From contig NC_042999.1 in NCBI RefSeq assembly GCF_006345805.1, positions 104,718,001 through 104,782,000 of the forward strand: 64,000 nucleotides of DNA, in the 5' to 3' direction. This document shows, piece by piece, positions 39,241 to 52,781 of this stretch. Position numbers and translations under genes: made by a program. Within the stretch, counting starts at the first letter, position 1. Each line of letters starts with the position of its first letter. A model generated the notes under the pieces. The model saw only the letters and a program-made list of their open reading frames with translations. It was not told the DNA's origin and did not search any database. This stretch comes from Octopus sinensis. Its lineage: Eukaryota.

Positions 39241-39968
39241 GCGCGTGCGTGTGTGTGTAGGGAAAGGGGCAAATAATTACAAGCTTTTATCACGTCAATC
39301 CAAATTTTACAATAATTTATTTCAAGACTTAAGATGATATAGAGTAATGCAGATAACTGCTATAAATCATATTAATGAAAACAAATGAAGTACTGGGATA
39401 TTGAGATGAAGATAAGGCCAAAATACCATAACTTTCTAATACGGCATTGTGAAGAAAAATGTCTGTATTTATATTAAATGAACTTGACATACAAAATATA
39501 CTGTGCAGCGAAGAATGAAGAATATAAAAACAGAGTTTGAATCTGTAAGACAAAACAAAGAAAAATCTATTTAATACATTCACATAAATGACTGCATGAA
39601 TCATTTGAGGTATCTAAATTTATTAAAACAGTAAACCTCAAATTACGTGGAGGACGTAACATTACTGTACAAAGATTCGTTTTAATTGAGTGTACTATCA
39701 ATGTCTTTAAATCAACTGGATCAGCGTCAGAAAATTATTGATACTTATTTTAGAAACGAAGGTAAACTAATCGTAGACTTGATCACATCATGATTTCAGC
39801 ACGTAACTTTGAGAGCGGCTATATCAACCAGCGTGCATACCAGTGAGTTTCTAAACTAATTACATGATATTATACTATTCTTAAAGGTCGCACACACATA
39901 CACACATACACACCCACACAAACGCATATATTATATATATATATTATATATATATATATATAGATATA

Positions 39969-40013
<45 letters not shown>

Positions 40014-40047
40014 TATAATATATATATACATATATATATAAAAATAC

Positions 40048-40079
<32 letters not shown>

Positions 40080-40095
40080 GTAAATATACATATAA

Positions 40096-40159
<64 letters not shown>

Positions 40160-40184
<25 letters not shown>

Positions 40185-41072
40185 TGTATATATATATATA
40201 TATATATATGTAATCATTGAATGTTACGCCAATTCCTTTGTCTTGTTCGAGGATCCACTGCATCTCAGCCCTCTTGTATGTATACAACTGCAAATATATG
40301 ACAGCATGATCACTACTATGAAATGGCAGAGACCGACTGCTCAAATAAGCGAATGAGATGACGTCACTGAGACTAGCTTTCATCTTTGCCCAGAGCTGAT
40401 TTCTTTTTTAACCTTTATGGAAGCTGCGATATTGGAAATACCAATATCTTTTATACCGTTCTACAACAACCCACCGTATTTCTATATCTCCGTGTGCGCA
40501 TATATAAAGAGATAGATAGATGACTTGATAAATGAATTACACGTGATGCCATACGTCTTACATGCTCACATACACGCACAGATGTAACATTTATTCAAAT
40601 AAATCTGGAATGGCATACATGCATATATGTACATATTCACAGACGCATACACATTTCATATGCTTTCAAGAATAAATCACATGTACACAGTACAGTGACG
40701 TGTCCAACAAAGTTGTATCGATGACATGCCCTAAATACAGCACATGCAATCGCAGCCAAGTTGACCAAAGTGAATAGAACTCTACACCTATCTAACGTGA
40801 CCTGCTTGCCACGCGAAAGAAACATTATAATGTCTTACTAATTACTTTATTTGATATCTGTCAAGGCATTCAATATGCCAATACGAAGTTTCATTAGATA
40901 TTGGCATGATATTTCGATACTAGAATTTTTTTCTCTGCTCATACGGACACAAATGGTTATCTATATGCAACCATACGTATACACGCACGCACAAACATAC
41001 ATCCACAACTATGTCATATGTGTAAGTATATATATATTATATATAATATATATATATATATATATATTATAC

Positions 41073-41111
<39 letters not shown>

Positions 41112-41950
41112 TGTATATATATATATATATATATGTAATCATTGAATGTTACGCCAATTCCTTTGTCTTGTTCGAGGATCCACTGCATCTCAGCCCTCTT
41201 GTATGTATACAACTGCAAATATATGACAGCATGATCACTACTATGAATGGCAGAGACCGACTGCTCAAATAAGCGAATGAGATGACGTCACTGAGACTAG
41301 CTTTCATCTTTGCCCAGAGCTGATTTCTTTTTTAACCTTTATGGAAGCTGCGATATTGGAATACCAATATCTTTTATACCGTTCTACAACAACCCACCGT
41401 ATTTCTATATCTCCGTGTGCGCATATATAAAGAGATAGATAGATGACTTGATAAATGAATTACACGTGATGCCATAACGTCTTACATGCTCACATACACG
41501 CACAGATGTAACATTTATTCAAATAAATCTGGAATGGCATACATGCATATATGTACATATTCACAGACGCATACACATTTCATATGCTTTCAAGAATAAA
41601 TCACATGTACACAGTACAGTGACGTGTCCAACAAAGTTGTATCGATGACATGCCCTAAATACAGCACATGCAATCGCAGCCAAGTTGACCAAAGTGAATA
41701 GAACTCTACACCTATCTAACGTGACCTGCTTGCTACGCGAAAGAACATTATAATGTCTTACTAATTACTTTATTTGATATCTGTCAAGGCATTCAATATG
41801 CCAATACGAAGTTTCATTAGATATTGGCATGATATTTCGATACTAGAATTTTTTTCTCTGCTCATACGGACACAAATGGTTATCTATATGCAACCATACG
41901 TATACACGCACGCACAAACATACATCCACAACTATGTCATATGTGTAAGT
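40160..41950. repeat. Direct tandem duplication, period 925 bp
   Basis: GTAATCATTGAATGTTACGCC at 40210 and 41135. The copies differ by a few 1-nt indels and one C/T substitution, and are bounded by TA/GA microsatellites. Confidence 0.95.
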
Positions 41951-42798
41951 ATATATATATATATATATATATATACATACACACACACATATATATGTAT
42001 ATATACATATACACATACATACATACAGACATACATACATATAATCAATCATATATAAATGTGATTATGTGTGTATTTGTATGTGTGTGAACATATATGT
42101 GTGTAGGTGCGTACGTGCATGCGTGATGTGATGACTTGGTAGAGCAGTTAGAAAAATATACGGGAATAGCTTGCCTTTTCGTTTCGGCTCTGTAGTTCGA
42201 GTTCAAATTCCTTTAATATTATTTAAAAATCTGGACAAAATAAATGGTAAATAGATCATGCCATGATATGAGCAAAAGATATTGAAGACGACTGCATGAA
42301 TCATGACTCTCTTGATATAGATTTTAAAGATGTTCTAAGACAGCACTTCCAACACTGCCTGAGATAACTGAGAAATGTATAGTGTAGATAAACTTTGAAT
42401 TATTACTGGAAAAATATTTAACTACGAAGGTTACAGACCGATGTGGAACCTTCAGTTTTCCTCTTGAGCAGCGAAAATATCTAAACATTTTCGTTACAGA
42501 TCTGTTTCAGAGATTGTAGAGGATTGTTCGTTCATCAAAGATGTATCCCTTACACTTTAGTTACTCCGAGTGTTAGTAACAAAAAATTGCTGCATTTCTG
42601 CATCTATCTAATCTATCTATCTATCTATCTATTATCTCTATCGATCTATCTATCTATCTATCTATATCTATCTATCTTGAGATGATCTATCTATCTATCT
42701 ATCTATTTATAATTATTATTAGATATAAAATGTATATATATAGGTGGGTATATATTATAGATATATGATATATATATATATATATATATGGTATATAT

Positions 42799-42830
<32 letters not shown>

Positions 42831-42945
42831 GTTTATATATATATATAATACATGTATATATATTGTGTATATATATATAATATATATATATATGTATATA
42901 TATTATGTGTATTATATAATATAATATATATATGTATATATATAG

Positions 42946-42992
<47 letters not shown>

Positions 42993-43019
42993 GAATATAT
43001 TATATATATATATAATATC

Positions 43020-43064
<45 letters not shown>

Positions 43065-43122
43065 CATTATTGGTTGAATTGAAGAAATGGAGCTGAACGC
43101 AGATTGAACAGAAATCGTTTTA

Positions 43123-43210
43123 TTTCATTCTACACGTGTTTCGAAAGGCACAAATACCAAAATCGATTGAATAATGGGACCATATTGTGTCTTTCTCTTC
43201 AGGAAGAAAA
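43123..43210 (-). ncRNA. Type I hammerhead ribozyme in the 3' pLTR (sense to the ORF)
   Basis: Minus strand reads TTTTCTTC-CTGAAGA-GAAAGACACAA...TTGTGCCTTTC-GAAAC-ACGT-GTA-GAATGAAA. It has the CUGANGA/GAAA core, G-C closed stem II, palindromic loop III, GUA cleavage triplet and a stem I with one mismatch. Confidence 0.85.
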
Positions 43211-43797
43211 AGGAAATCCGTTGGAAAAACAAAAACAGAACAGAGGCGGAGCAAAAACAAATCGAACTATGCTCCTAAGAGCCCATGGCGAAACTGTTTA
43301 TCAGTGTATGTTGAGAACCGGTGGCTGAAGAATTCAACGGGTCAGGCATCGGTCAAATGTGGGGTGAGGGTGTATAGATGTTCTTTGTGACCGAGAATAA
43401 AGTTCTGACTATTTAAGGAATATTGGATGTTTTATAAGGGTCGAGAAAAAATCTACTTAGAGACGTGTGTGTGTATACTGTTCTATATATGTGTGTGTTG
43501 GCGTAGGGGTAGAAAACATTTTTGTGTACGTGTGTGCGTTTGATCGTTCGGCTGTCAGTGGCTACTGCCGTGATAACCGTTGGGTGGCAGAAAGAAAAAA
43601 AATATATATATATTATGTTTTATGTGTGTGTGTGTTCATCTAAGCCTGCCTTGTCAAGGAAACCCCCCGCTGTGAAAAACCCAAGCCCCGTTTGTCTTAC
43701 AGGAGTAATTCCCCTTGCAGTGGTTAATCGTAGATATCTTAAAGGCTATTTCAGAATTTGTTACCAAGGGCTATGGGTGCCGGTATTATTATAAACG

Positions 43798-46481
43798 CTA
43801 TTTAAAAGCCAGATAAGTGTAACGCCGCCAATGGGGGCATCGAAAAGCCGACTGTAAGAGCCCGTTTACCATCCGGCCTCTGGCAAACAAAATATGGAAG
43901 AGTTCGGAGACACAAAGGTTGCACTGTCTTCTGCCCCTATCAAATGGGAGGGCCACCGACAAAATTGACCATTCCAGCCTATAGCTTAAGTTCGTATCCT
44001 TCAGTCGCCATATTAGCTTACTGAGTCCCGTGGTCTGGCGCTTCTTCACGTCCCGAAAAGTTGCGTAATGGTTGGAGACACGCAAAGACAATCTTGAGGA
44101 TGATGCCCCTACATAAGTGAAGACATCTGAGTCCGTGTAAACCTTGCATTGGTAGACGGCGTTTTTGATCTTGGAGTTCGCCGACGTGATCTTAATCTGC
44201 TAGGATGGTTTCTGAAATTAGAACTGCGTTCCTGTCACTATATTCGTTCCGAGACCTGCAGCCGCTTACTACTCTATTTTCCACTACGTCACTATTAACT
44301 ATAGGAATAACCCCTGATTCTCCACTATCTATCAGAGTGCTGTCATTGCTACTGCCCGTGGTGCTGCTATTGCGGGAAGGGAAATGATCTGGGGATGCTA
44401 TTGGGGCTCTCACCCTACTCCCATTGTTACCGTCAACCACAACACCCCTATTTATAACTATACCCCTAGTGGGTACTCCCTGGCTGGAGCTGAGATTATG
44501 TGTCACTGTACTGGCTCTCATATCATTATTACTACTATAATTATTCCTACTGAGCATTAAACCGGGAGCGGAAGAGGCTGTGCCTCCGGAAAAAGGTGAT
44601 AGGGTCTTAGTAAGTAGCCTATTATTATGGGAGGCGATTATCTGGGCGAGGTTTTTAGTGTTGGAGAAAGCTATCCTAACTTTATGCGAGTTAACCGTGG
44701 AGTAATATTTGGAATTTCTGGGGAAGTTATTGGCGATGGCTTGTCTAAACATGAGGGGAGGTTAGTTCTAATCTGCTTACCAAAGGGGATTACAAACATA
44801 TTGCTTATTCCTATCAGTGTGATGGGTCGGGACGCCAGCTCTCGCATTCGGGTGGGTGATTCTCGGATGAATAACGGGTCTTGGGTTAGTGTAAGACCTC
44901 CCGGACCGATAATTATCCTTGTTCGCTAAATTAAATGCGGGAGGACTACCCCGGCATCCGGCCGCGCTCCCGTCCTTACTTAAAATGTTAATGTTATTAT
45001 ATACGGCCCTATCCTGATGACCGAATGATGGCATCGGAAGGGCGGATCAATATAAATTACCTTCTGCCTATAACCGGCCTTGGATAGTGCGGCGTTATAA
45101 AATTCCGCTTTCTGCATAAAAATATCGGCACTGGCGGACAAGCCAGACAATCTTAGAGAGATGTTTTTAACCAAATTGTCTGTTACGGTTTTGGCATGAT
45201 TTGAGAAGACACTGACATACTTCAAATTAGTGGAAGGCTTATGGTAAGGGCAGTATGAGTCGCTATTAAGGTTAAGTGTAACGTCTAGGAAATTAGCCTT
45301 GGTGAGTTCATTATCAAAAACTATACTCATGCCCATTCTATTAAAAAACCTAGCTAACCTGCTCTTAGTTTTCTGCACTATTCTGTTCGTGGTGTTTTGC
45401 AGGTAAAACAGACAATCGTCACGATACAGGCCGCCCGCGATCTCCGGGAATTGGTCGGACAATTCGTAGAGAATATATATTCCGACCAAATCGGCTATCT
45501 GCGCACTATCCGAACTACCCATAGGCACATCAAATTCATTGGGAGTATCTTTACGGATCCACAACTTATTATCAAACTTAATAAACGATTTCCTGGCAAC
45601 TAAAATGATATCTATCTCTTCTCTGGTGAGGCCAGCCTTGTTGTGAGCATGCCAGAGGGCCTTATTTAGCACACTAGGGTTAATCGAGGGGTAGAAGCTG
45701 GCGATATCAAACTGAATGAACCTAGTACGGTTCTTATTGGGGATGGAAGAGAACCACTTCACTACCTACGAGGAGTTGGCCAAGAGGCTGAGCTTCAGCT
45801 TGTTTACTAAACTAGGGATATATTTATCTAAAATGTTCTTACTGATTATCCCGATATCAGATCTAGCAGGGCATATGAGTCTTAGCGCTGGGTTGGTGTG
45901 GAAGTAAGGTTTATGGTCCTTCACTATAAATCTGGGTTGCTTGGGGCTAAGCGGCTGAGTTCTCATTTGAATTCGGTGTTTAAATATTATTCCTTAATTT
46001 CCAAGTTTACCTTCCTCAGGGTACTCCAATTGGTTTTTCTATAATTTTTCTTGATCTCTTTACCGAGTAAATCTAGGTACTGCTTAATGGGCATCTTGTA
46101 TGTGTTCCTGGTCTTGTCGGACTGGACCAGGACTCCGTCCGTTCTATTAATGTCCTTGGTAATTTTATCTAGGTATCTGAGGTGGGCATTTCTCCTGGGT
46201 GACTTCCTGAACTTAATCTTTCTAACTATGTCCCACAAGTCGTCCTCAAACTTCTTCAGTCTTGGGTTCGGTGGCGGCGTATCCAATGTTTTAAAAAGCC
46301 GGCCGTATTCGGACGATGCTGTTGTCCGGTTCGATTTTAGATCTTCGTTCTCGTGGAAGAAAATGAGCCATCTTATCCGGTTTATGAATGCGTTGTTTTT
46401 ACAAACCAACTCCTTAAGGAAGGCATCCTTTGGTGGTATAGGAATATCCTTAAGGGACGCATCAATCTCGAACAACTCCAT
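43798..46481 (-). pseudogene. Disrupted Penelope-like RT/GIY-YIG polyprotein
   Basis: RT motifs FDIASFYPSI, DVPMGSSDSAQIADLVGIYIL, GLYRDD, NFLDVTLNL, PYHKP, SNH. EN motifs AVYQCKV...TYVGAS, R..NH, LSKLIWRLK, CNLC..E, CPH. Broken by frameshifts near 45985, 45040, 44795 and 44200 and by an in-frame TAG at 45766-45768. Confidence 0.9.
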
Positions 46482-47049
46482 TATTGGTATCGGTTAAAGT
46501 AGCAGTTTCTTGACGAAGCGGTATGTATTATGTGAAATGAAAGATGAATAATCTTGTAGTAGATTAATCAAAAAGTTTAACCGATAACCTTAGTAGCAAA
46601 AATCACAGCAGTAAACAGCACGGTTGGAGGTACAACCATCTGGCGTTGCAACCTTTTTTTTCTTTCTGCCACCCAACGGTTATCACGGCAGTAGCCACTG
46701 ACAGCCGAACGATCAAACGCACACACGTACACAAAAAATGTTTTCTACCCCTACGCCAACACACACATATATAGAACAGTATACACACACACACGTCTCT
46801 AAGTAGATTTTTTCTCGCCCCTTATAAAACATCCAATATTCCTTAAATAGTCAGAACTTTATTCTCGGTCACAAAGAACATCTATACACCCTCACCCACA
46901 TGATTGGCCGATGCCTGACCCGTTGAATTCTTCAGCCACCGGTTCTCAACATACACTGATAAACAGTTTCGCCATGGGCTCTTAGGAGCATAGTTCGATT
47001 TGTTTTTGCTCCGCCTCTGTTCTGTTTTTGTTTTTCCAACGGATTTCCT

Positions 47050-47140
47050 TTTCTTCCTGAAGAGAAAGACACAATATGGTCCCATTATTCAATCTGATTT
47101 TGGTAATTTGTGCCTTTCGAAACACGTGTTGTAGAAGAAA
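47050..47140 (+). ncRNA. Type I hammerhead ribozyme in the inverted 5' pLTR (antisense to the ORF)
   Basis: TTTCTTC-CTGAAGA-GAAAGACACAA...TTGTGCCTTTC-GAAAC-ACGTGTT-GTA-GAAGAAA. Perfect 7-bp stem I and intact core. Confidence 0.85.
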
Positions 47141-47380
47141 TAAACGATTTCTGTTCAATCTGCGTTCAGCTCCATTTCTTCAATTCACCAATAATGTTTT
47201 AATTTCAATTATCCGCACAACGCACGTTGCAACGCCAGATGGTTGTACCTCCAACCGTGCTGTTTACTGCTGTGATTTTTGCTACTAAGGTATCGGTTAA
47301 ACTTTTGATTAATCTACTACAAGATTATTCATCTTTCTATTTCACATTATATATATATATATATAGATATATATATATTA

Positions 47381-47418
<38 letters not shown>

Positions 47419-48282
47419 ATATATATATATATTATATATATTATATATATATATATATATGGTGTGTGTGTGTGTATGTATAATTATAATAGAGGGCACA
47501 CGAGGCGCCTACTTGATAGAAAGACGAGCTAAATCCTCAACTAAACCACCAAATTACACTGAAATACACAACGGATCAATAGAAATCGGGCAAATGAGTA
47601 AAGATTTACTAATCATCACAGCTCAAAGCTGTAGAATGAAGAATCCGATACACCTGGATCATGATTTCGAATTCTAGTTACCGCCTCAATCTCCTCATCA
47701 AGCATCACCGTATGAAAAATCGAACTCACCTCGCTGGAATCCGTGGCGTTCTGAATTGTTTCGCGCCAAATTCAGAACGACTTCAGTGTATAATATGTAC
47801 ACAGGCTTCTCCAAAATTTACCTGACAGGTAAATCGAAACCATTTAATTCCACGATTAAAACAAAAAAAATATTTTATACGAAACTTCGCTAATAAACAA
47901 ATATAAAAAAAACAGGTGATTTTAACTCACAGCATTCATAATTGGAATGAATAAATAAACTTGAATATTTAGTATTTATGGAATTTTGATTTACTGTCTT
48001 TTGACCAACTCTGTATGTAAAAAGTAAATATTCAAATACTTTTGTTGATCTGTTGTGTATTTCAGTGTAAGTCGGTGGTTTCGCTGAGGATTTAGTTTCT
48101 CTTTCTAGAAAGTAAGCGCTTCGTGGGCCCTCTATTGTAATTGTAAATTTTATCCTCTTGGTACTTAACGCAATTATTGCTTGCTACCACCTATATTTTT
48201 GTTACTATTATCATCAATTATTTATATTTATCGCTGATAATAATAACAATAATAATATCTATTTCGCTATTCTTTTATTATT

Positions 48283-48505
48283 TTACTTCTTTCAGTCATT
48301 TGACTGCAGCCATGCTGTTGCACCGCCTTTAGTCGAACAAATCGACCCCAGGACTTTGTAAGCATAGTACTTATTTGTACTTACAAGAATTTGGTCAACC
48401 CAAAGCTATAGTAGGAGGCACTTGCCCAAGGTGCCACGAAGTAGGATTAAACCCGGAACCATATGGTTGGGAAGCAAGCTTCTTACCACATAGCCACTCT
48501 TGCGC
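48283..48505 (-). mobile_element. Internally deleted family-1 SINE
   Basis: Tail and head are present; the middle, including the microsatellite, is missing. Confidence 0.8.
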
Positions 48506-51384
48506 ATATTTATATGAATATCCATGTATGTGTACGTCTATGTACGTGTGATTATCTTTATCTTCGCATGCGTTTATGTGTATCTGTATGCATACACATA
48601 TGTGTATTATATAAGTATGTATGTATCTCCATATATATATATAGATAGATAGATAGATACATACATACATACTTACAAGGTGAGTAAAAGTGTACGTACG
48701 CCGCTATATGTATATATATATATTTAAAAAAAGAACAAAATCGCAACAAACGACAATAAAACATCCGAACAGATAGAGGATACAAAGACGGACAGGAAAA
48801 CGACAAAAAGACGGACAGGAAAAAATAAGGACGGGTCATTTGCAGTCTTCTCTCATCAGTCGTGTTTCCAGATCATCCTTACTATTTCGGCCAGTTACAC
48901 TTGAGACTGTTCAAATCTGGTTGGCCCCAAAAATCTAATGTAAGAGTATTAAATTTTTGGAAGAAAGCAATCGAATATGTACAACAACATAGACAAAAAA
49001 AAACGGAGAAAATGTTGCACAATTACAAATACAAACAACTAGAAAATAACAACAGGTGTCCTTTCAGCCAATAAAGACGAATCAAGTTGAGCTGGCGTGT
49101 GTAGAGTGAAAGCCTTGAGGAGATGAACGTAAGAGATGACAGTCATGAGACACGAATATAAGAGATGCTTCGCGGCCGGCAGTCGAGCTAAGAAAGAAAG
49201 ATCATATTTGGCCGAACACCGGTCACGTGGAAGGAAAGGAGAGAGGTAGGGGCAGAGGGATTGGAGAATTAGGGGAAGAACGAGAAAGAGAGGAAATCAA
49301 AGGGATATAGAGAAAGGTACAATGGAGATAATTGAGGTGGGAATGTCGGCAGATTAAAGAAAGAGAATGTCAAGAAATGTTAGAGAGGGAGAGCGAGAAA
49401 AAGAAAAGAGGAAAGAAAGAAGAAAATATGAAGGGGACTAAAAGATTTAGATACATGCTTACTAATTAAGTACTTACTTACTAGGTACGTAGTGTAGTAC
49501 TGTTTTTGATGCAATTAAAGATGATTATTTGTAAAAGCCTGTGAAAATACTGGGGTTCTTTTGAGACTATAAAAGTTTGGAAGTTCACACAAAACCATGA
49601 AGTGCATATTTTCTTTTAAAATTGCATTTTGCCGAAGCGACCGTGATATCTTCAATTGTAATATTGGAAGTGTAGTCTTAAAGGAGAACATCTTTAAAAC
49701 CTATGTACCTTGATACAGATTTGTCACCTTTTATACAACGAGACTTGTTACCTGATATTTTAATCTTGAAGGCAAGATTCAAGATTAAATGCTCTAGAGA
49801 TTCAAGTAAATGCTCATGAAAAAATACTAGTTCGCTTCTTGTATCTTTTCCGTTTTATAATTATTGCAAATGTATTGAAAGACCAAAGTAAATAATAAAT
49901 GATTTGAACAATCTTAACAATAGATAGAAATCTTCAGTATGATTTTGAGGCACTGAACAATACGCATATTTCAATATCAGACAAAAACGCATATGGCTCC
50001 ACTTGAACCCACAGGCTCAGAAAGTTTCCAAATACTGTAGATGTTGATTTTTCATAGAGTGTATTATCAGTTACCTTGAAAATATTCTCCAGTAAGGCTG
50101 TGTTAAAACATGTCTTTTTTAACATTTAAAATACTCAAGCGCTGTTCATGCCAACAAATCACCATCGAATCACCACACTCATATTAAAACATGAGCCACA
50201 CTCAGCAAGGAGAACTTTCACAAGCGGTGTAAATGCTGGACCTTAGTATCGCCGAAAATCCCTTTTGACCAAAACACACATTCTTAGCATTGCTAAGGCC
50301 GTACTCCAAAAACTAGCCCTCCTTTAGGGTTAGACGATATTTCAGATGCTGACACTCTACAAGGCTTTGTTGAGGCTGACAAAGGCGTACTGCTCCCTAC
50401 TAGCGAATGAACACTTTCTATAGTGGAGAAGAGCATTTTATATTGAATGCCAAACGTGGGATAAATAAACACCTCCTCCCATATGGCTCGTGGGTAAATG
50501 TGAAGAATTTGTCTTTTAAACACCAAGAAATAATGAATAGATAAAACCATTATGGTTTACTTGAAATACCGAAACGAAAACGAAGTATTGTCTATTATGG
50601 ACAATAAAAGTATAGATTACACGACCGGAGAAAATATTTTGTGAAAATTAAAAGCATCTAATTAGAAACAATATTAATGAAAGTATTAGCATTTTAAAAT
50701 TTAATAAGATACAACAGACAAATTCATTTTAAATGCATGTAGTTTGCATGAAAAACACTTTTAGTTAATTTAGAAGTGTTTAATTAAAAGCAGCTTTGTA
50801 AATAATGATGAATAAGTCAGCAGAAATTATGAGCGTTCTCTGTTTGTAACCACTACAGTACCAACATTGTAGAAACAACATTTTATTTTTATTTCGGTCG
50901 GTTTTATATATTCACCATGCCTTTCACATTACGCCTCAATCCTTCAGCTCTACTAATTCTGGTCATTGAATAAATATAATTTAACCTTTGCCCAACAAGA
51001 AAATGTCCATCAGTTTTTTTCTTTTACTTTACATCTTGTTTATTTTTCATATTATATGTATTTTTTCGTTCTTGCTTGGATTATTCTCTAAACAAACTTT
51101 CCCTAAATCCTTCTGGATTTCCAGAGGTTCCCCGAATCTTCGTCTCTTTTTTCTTTTCCCTTCTCTGTATTGTCTCAATACGTTTTGCTGAACGAAGGAG
51201 GGTGTAAGTGTGGAAGCATATGTTAGTCTTCGTGAGTCTGTGTTTATGCATGTGCGCTGGTACCTGAAACAAAATAAATCAAGCCTGACAAGGGAAATAA
51301 CTCTCATTCGCCAAAATAACTATATCCACTTTCAGTATAACAAGTATACATACATACATACATACATACATACATACATTCTTT

Positions 51385-51602
51385 TATTCTTTTATTCTTT
51401 TACCTGTTTCAGACATGTTGAATGCGGTCATGCTGGAGCACCGTCTCTAGTCAAACAAATCGAATGCAGGACTTATTCTTTGTAAGCTTAGTACTTATTC
51501 TATCGCTTCTTTTGCCGAACCGCTATGTCATGGGGACGTAAAAAACACCAAAATCGGTTGTCAAGCGATGTTTGGGGGACAAACACACACACACACAAAT
51601 AT

Positions 51603-51677
<75 letters not shown>

Positions 51678-51990
51678 ATATTATATATATATATATATTA
51701 ATATATATACACATACATATACATACATTTCCTTCCATTGTTTTATTGGTCGAACAAATCGACCCTAGGACTTATTCTTTGTAAGTCTAGTACTTATTCC
51801 ATCGGGCTCCTTTGCCGAACTCCTAGCTTACGGGTATGTAAACACACCGACATCAGTTGTCAAGCGGTTGTGGGGGGACAAACACAGACACAGAAACATA
51901 TATACATACATGTATACGACGGGCTTCTTTCAGTTTCCGTTTACCAAATCCACTCACAAGTCTTCGATGGGCTCTAGGCTATAGTAGAAG
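51385..51990 (-). mobile_element. Two partial family-1 SINE copies around a (TA)n tract
   Basis: 3' half at 51385-51600 and a second copy at 51740-51990. Confidence 0.8.
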
Positions 51991-51999
51991 ACAGTTGCT

Positions 52000-52655
52000 C
52001 TAGGACTGGCTTAAGCTGCTAAAGCTGCTTGTTGCAGATCTCCTTTGTTATTGTTTGGTTTGGGTCTAAAATTTCCAAGTGGACTAAGCCTTATATATCC
52101 CACCAGACAGATAGCAACACCTTACGTGGCTAAAGACCTTCTTTAGCCTGGGAAGCCGGTGTTTTTTCCTTTCCCTACCCACTGTCTTCGGCGCTCGACA
52201 GTTTATAGGGAACCCATTTCTCGTCACCAGTCACTATTCGGTCCAAAAAAAGTTCATTCATGAGACGTGAGAGTAAAGAACAGCACACATTCGCTCTCTG
52301 CGCGTGATTAGACTCGGAAAGTTTGTGAGGAGCCCATTGGCCCAATTTGCTGTCTTTTCCATTGGCACGCAGGTGATGATGAATGTCTGATCCCCATATA
52401 CTGCATTAGTACTCCTCGCACTTTCCGTTGTGTTCTTGTTTTTTTAAACTCATAAAGCAAAATATGCTCTAAATGCTCCTTCGTCACTACCATTATAACC
52501 TGGAAAAAATAACTGCTAAAATCGAACTGCACTCTTCAAAACCTGCACTAAGAATAAATACAAGGTAAAATTACTACCTGCTTTTATGATAAATTGATGC
52601 AGGTAGGTTATCCCGTTCCCCTCCGACAATGCATTATTTTTATGATGACCCAATA
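52000..52655 (-). mobile_element. Truncated mariner relic
   Basis: 5' TIR TATTGGGTCATCATAAAAATAATGC. Motifs KEHLEHILLYEF, GQWAPHKLSESN, DRIVTGDEKWV and LSVWWDIKGLVH. Confidence 0.8.
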
Positions 52656-52674
52656 TACATACATACATAAATAC

Positions 52675-52781
<107 letters not shown>

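Larger units (their letters stand above)
43064..47347 (-). mobile_element. Near full-length Penelope-like retroelement (RT + C-terminal GIY-YIG) with 3' pLTR and inverted 5' pLTR, embedded in (TA)n
   Basis: Repeat A (43064-43602) recurs inverted at 46654-47197. 5' leader B (46530-46652) recurs inverted at 47226-47347. Fragmented RT/EN ORF lies between them, and both flanks are TA microsatellite. Confidence 0.92.

Noticed and set aside
47748-47780. 11-bp stem CGTTCTGAATT/AATTCAGAACG
   Set aside because: Too short to distinguish from chance in 64 kb, and there is no context for a bacterial-type terminator call.
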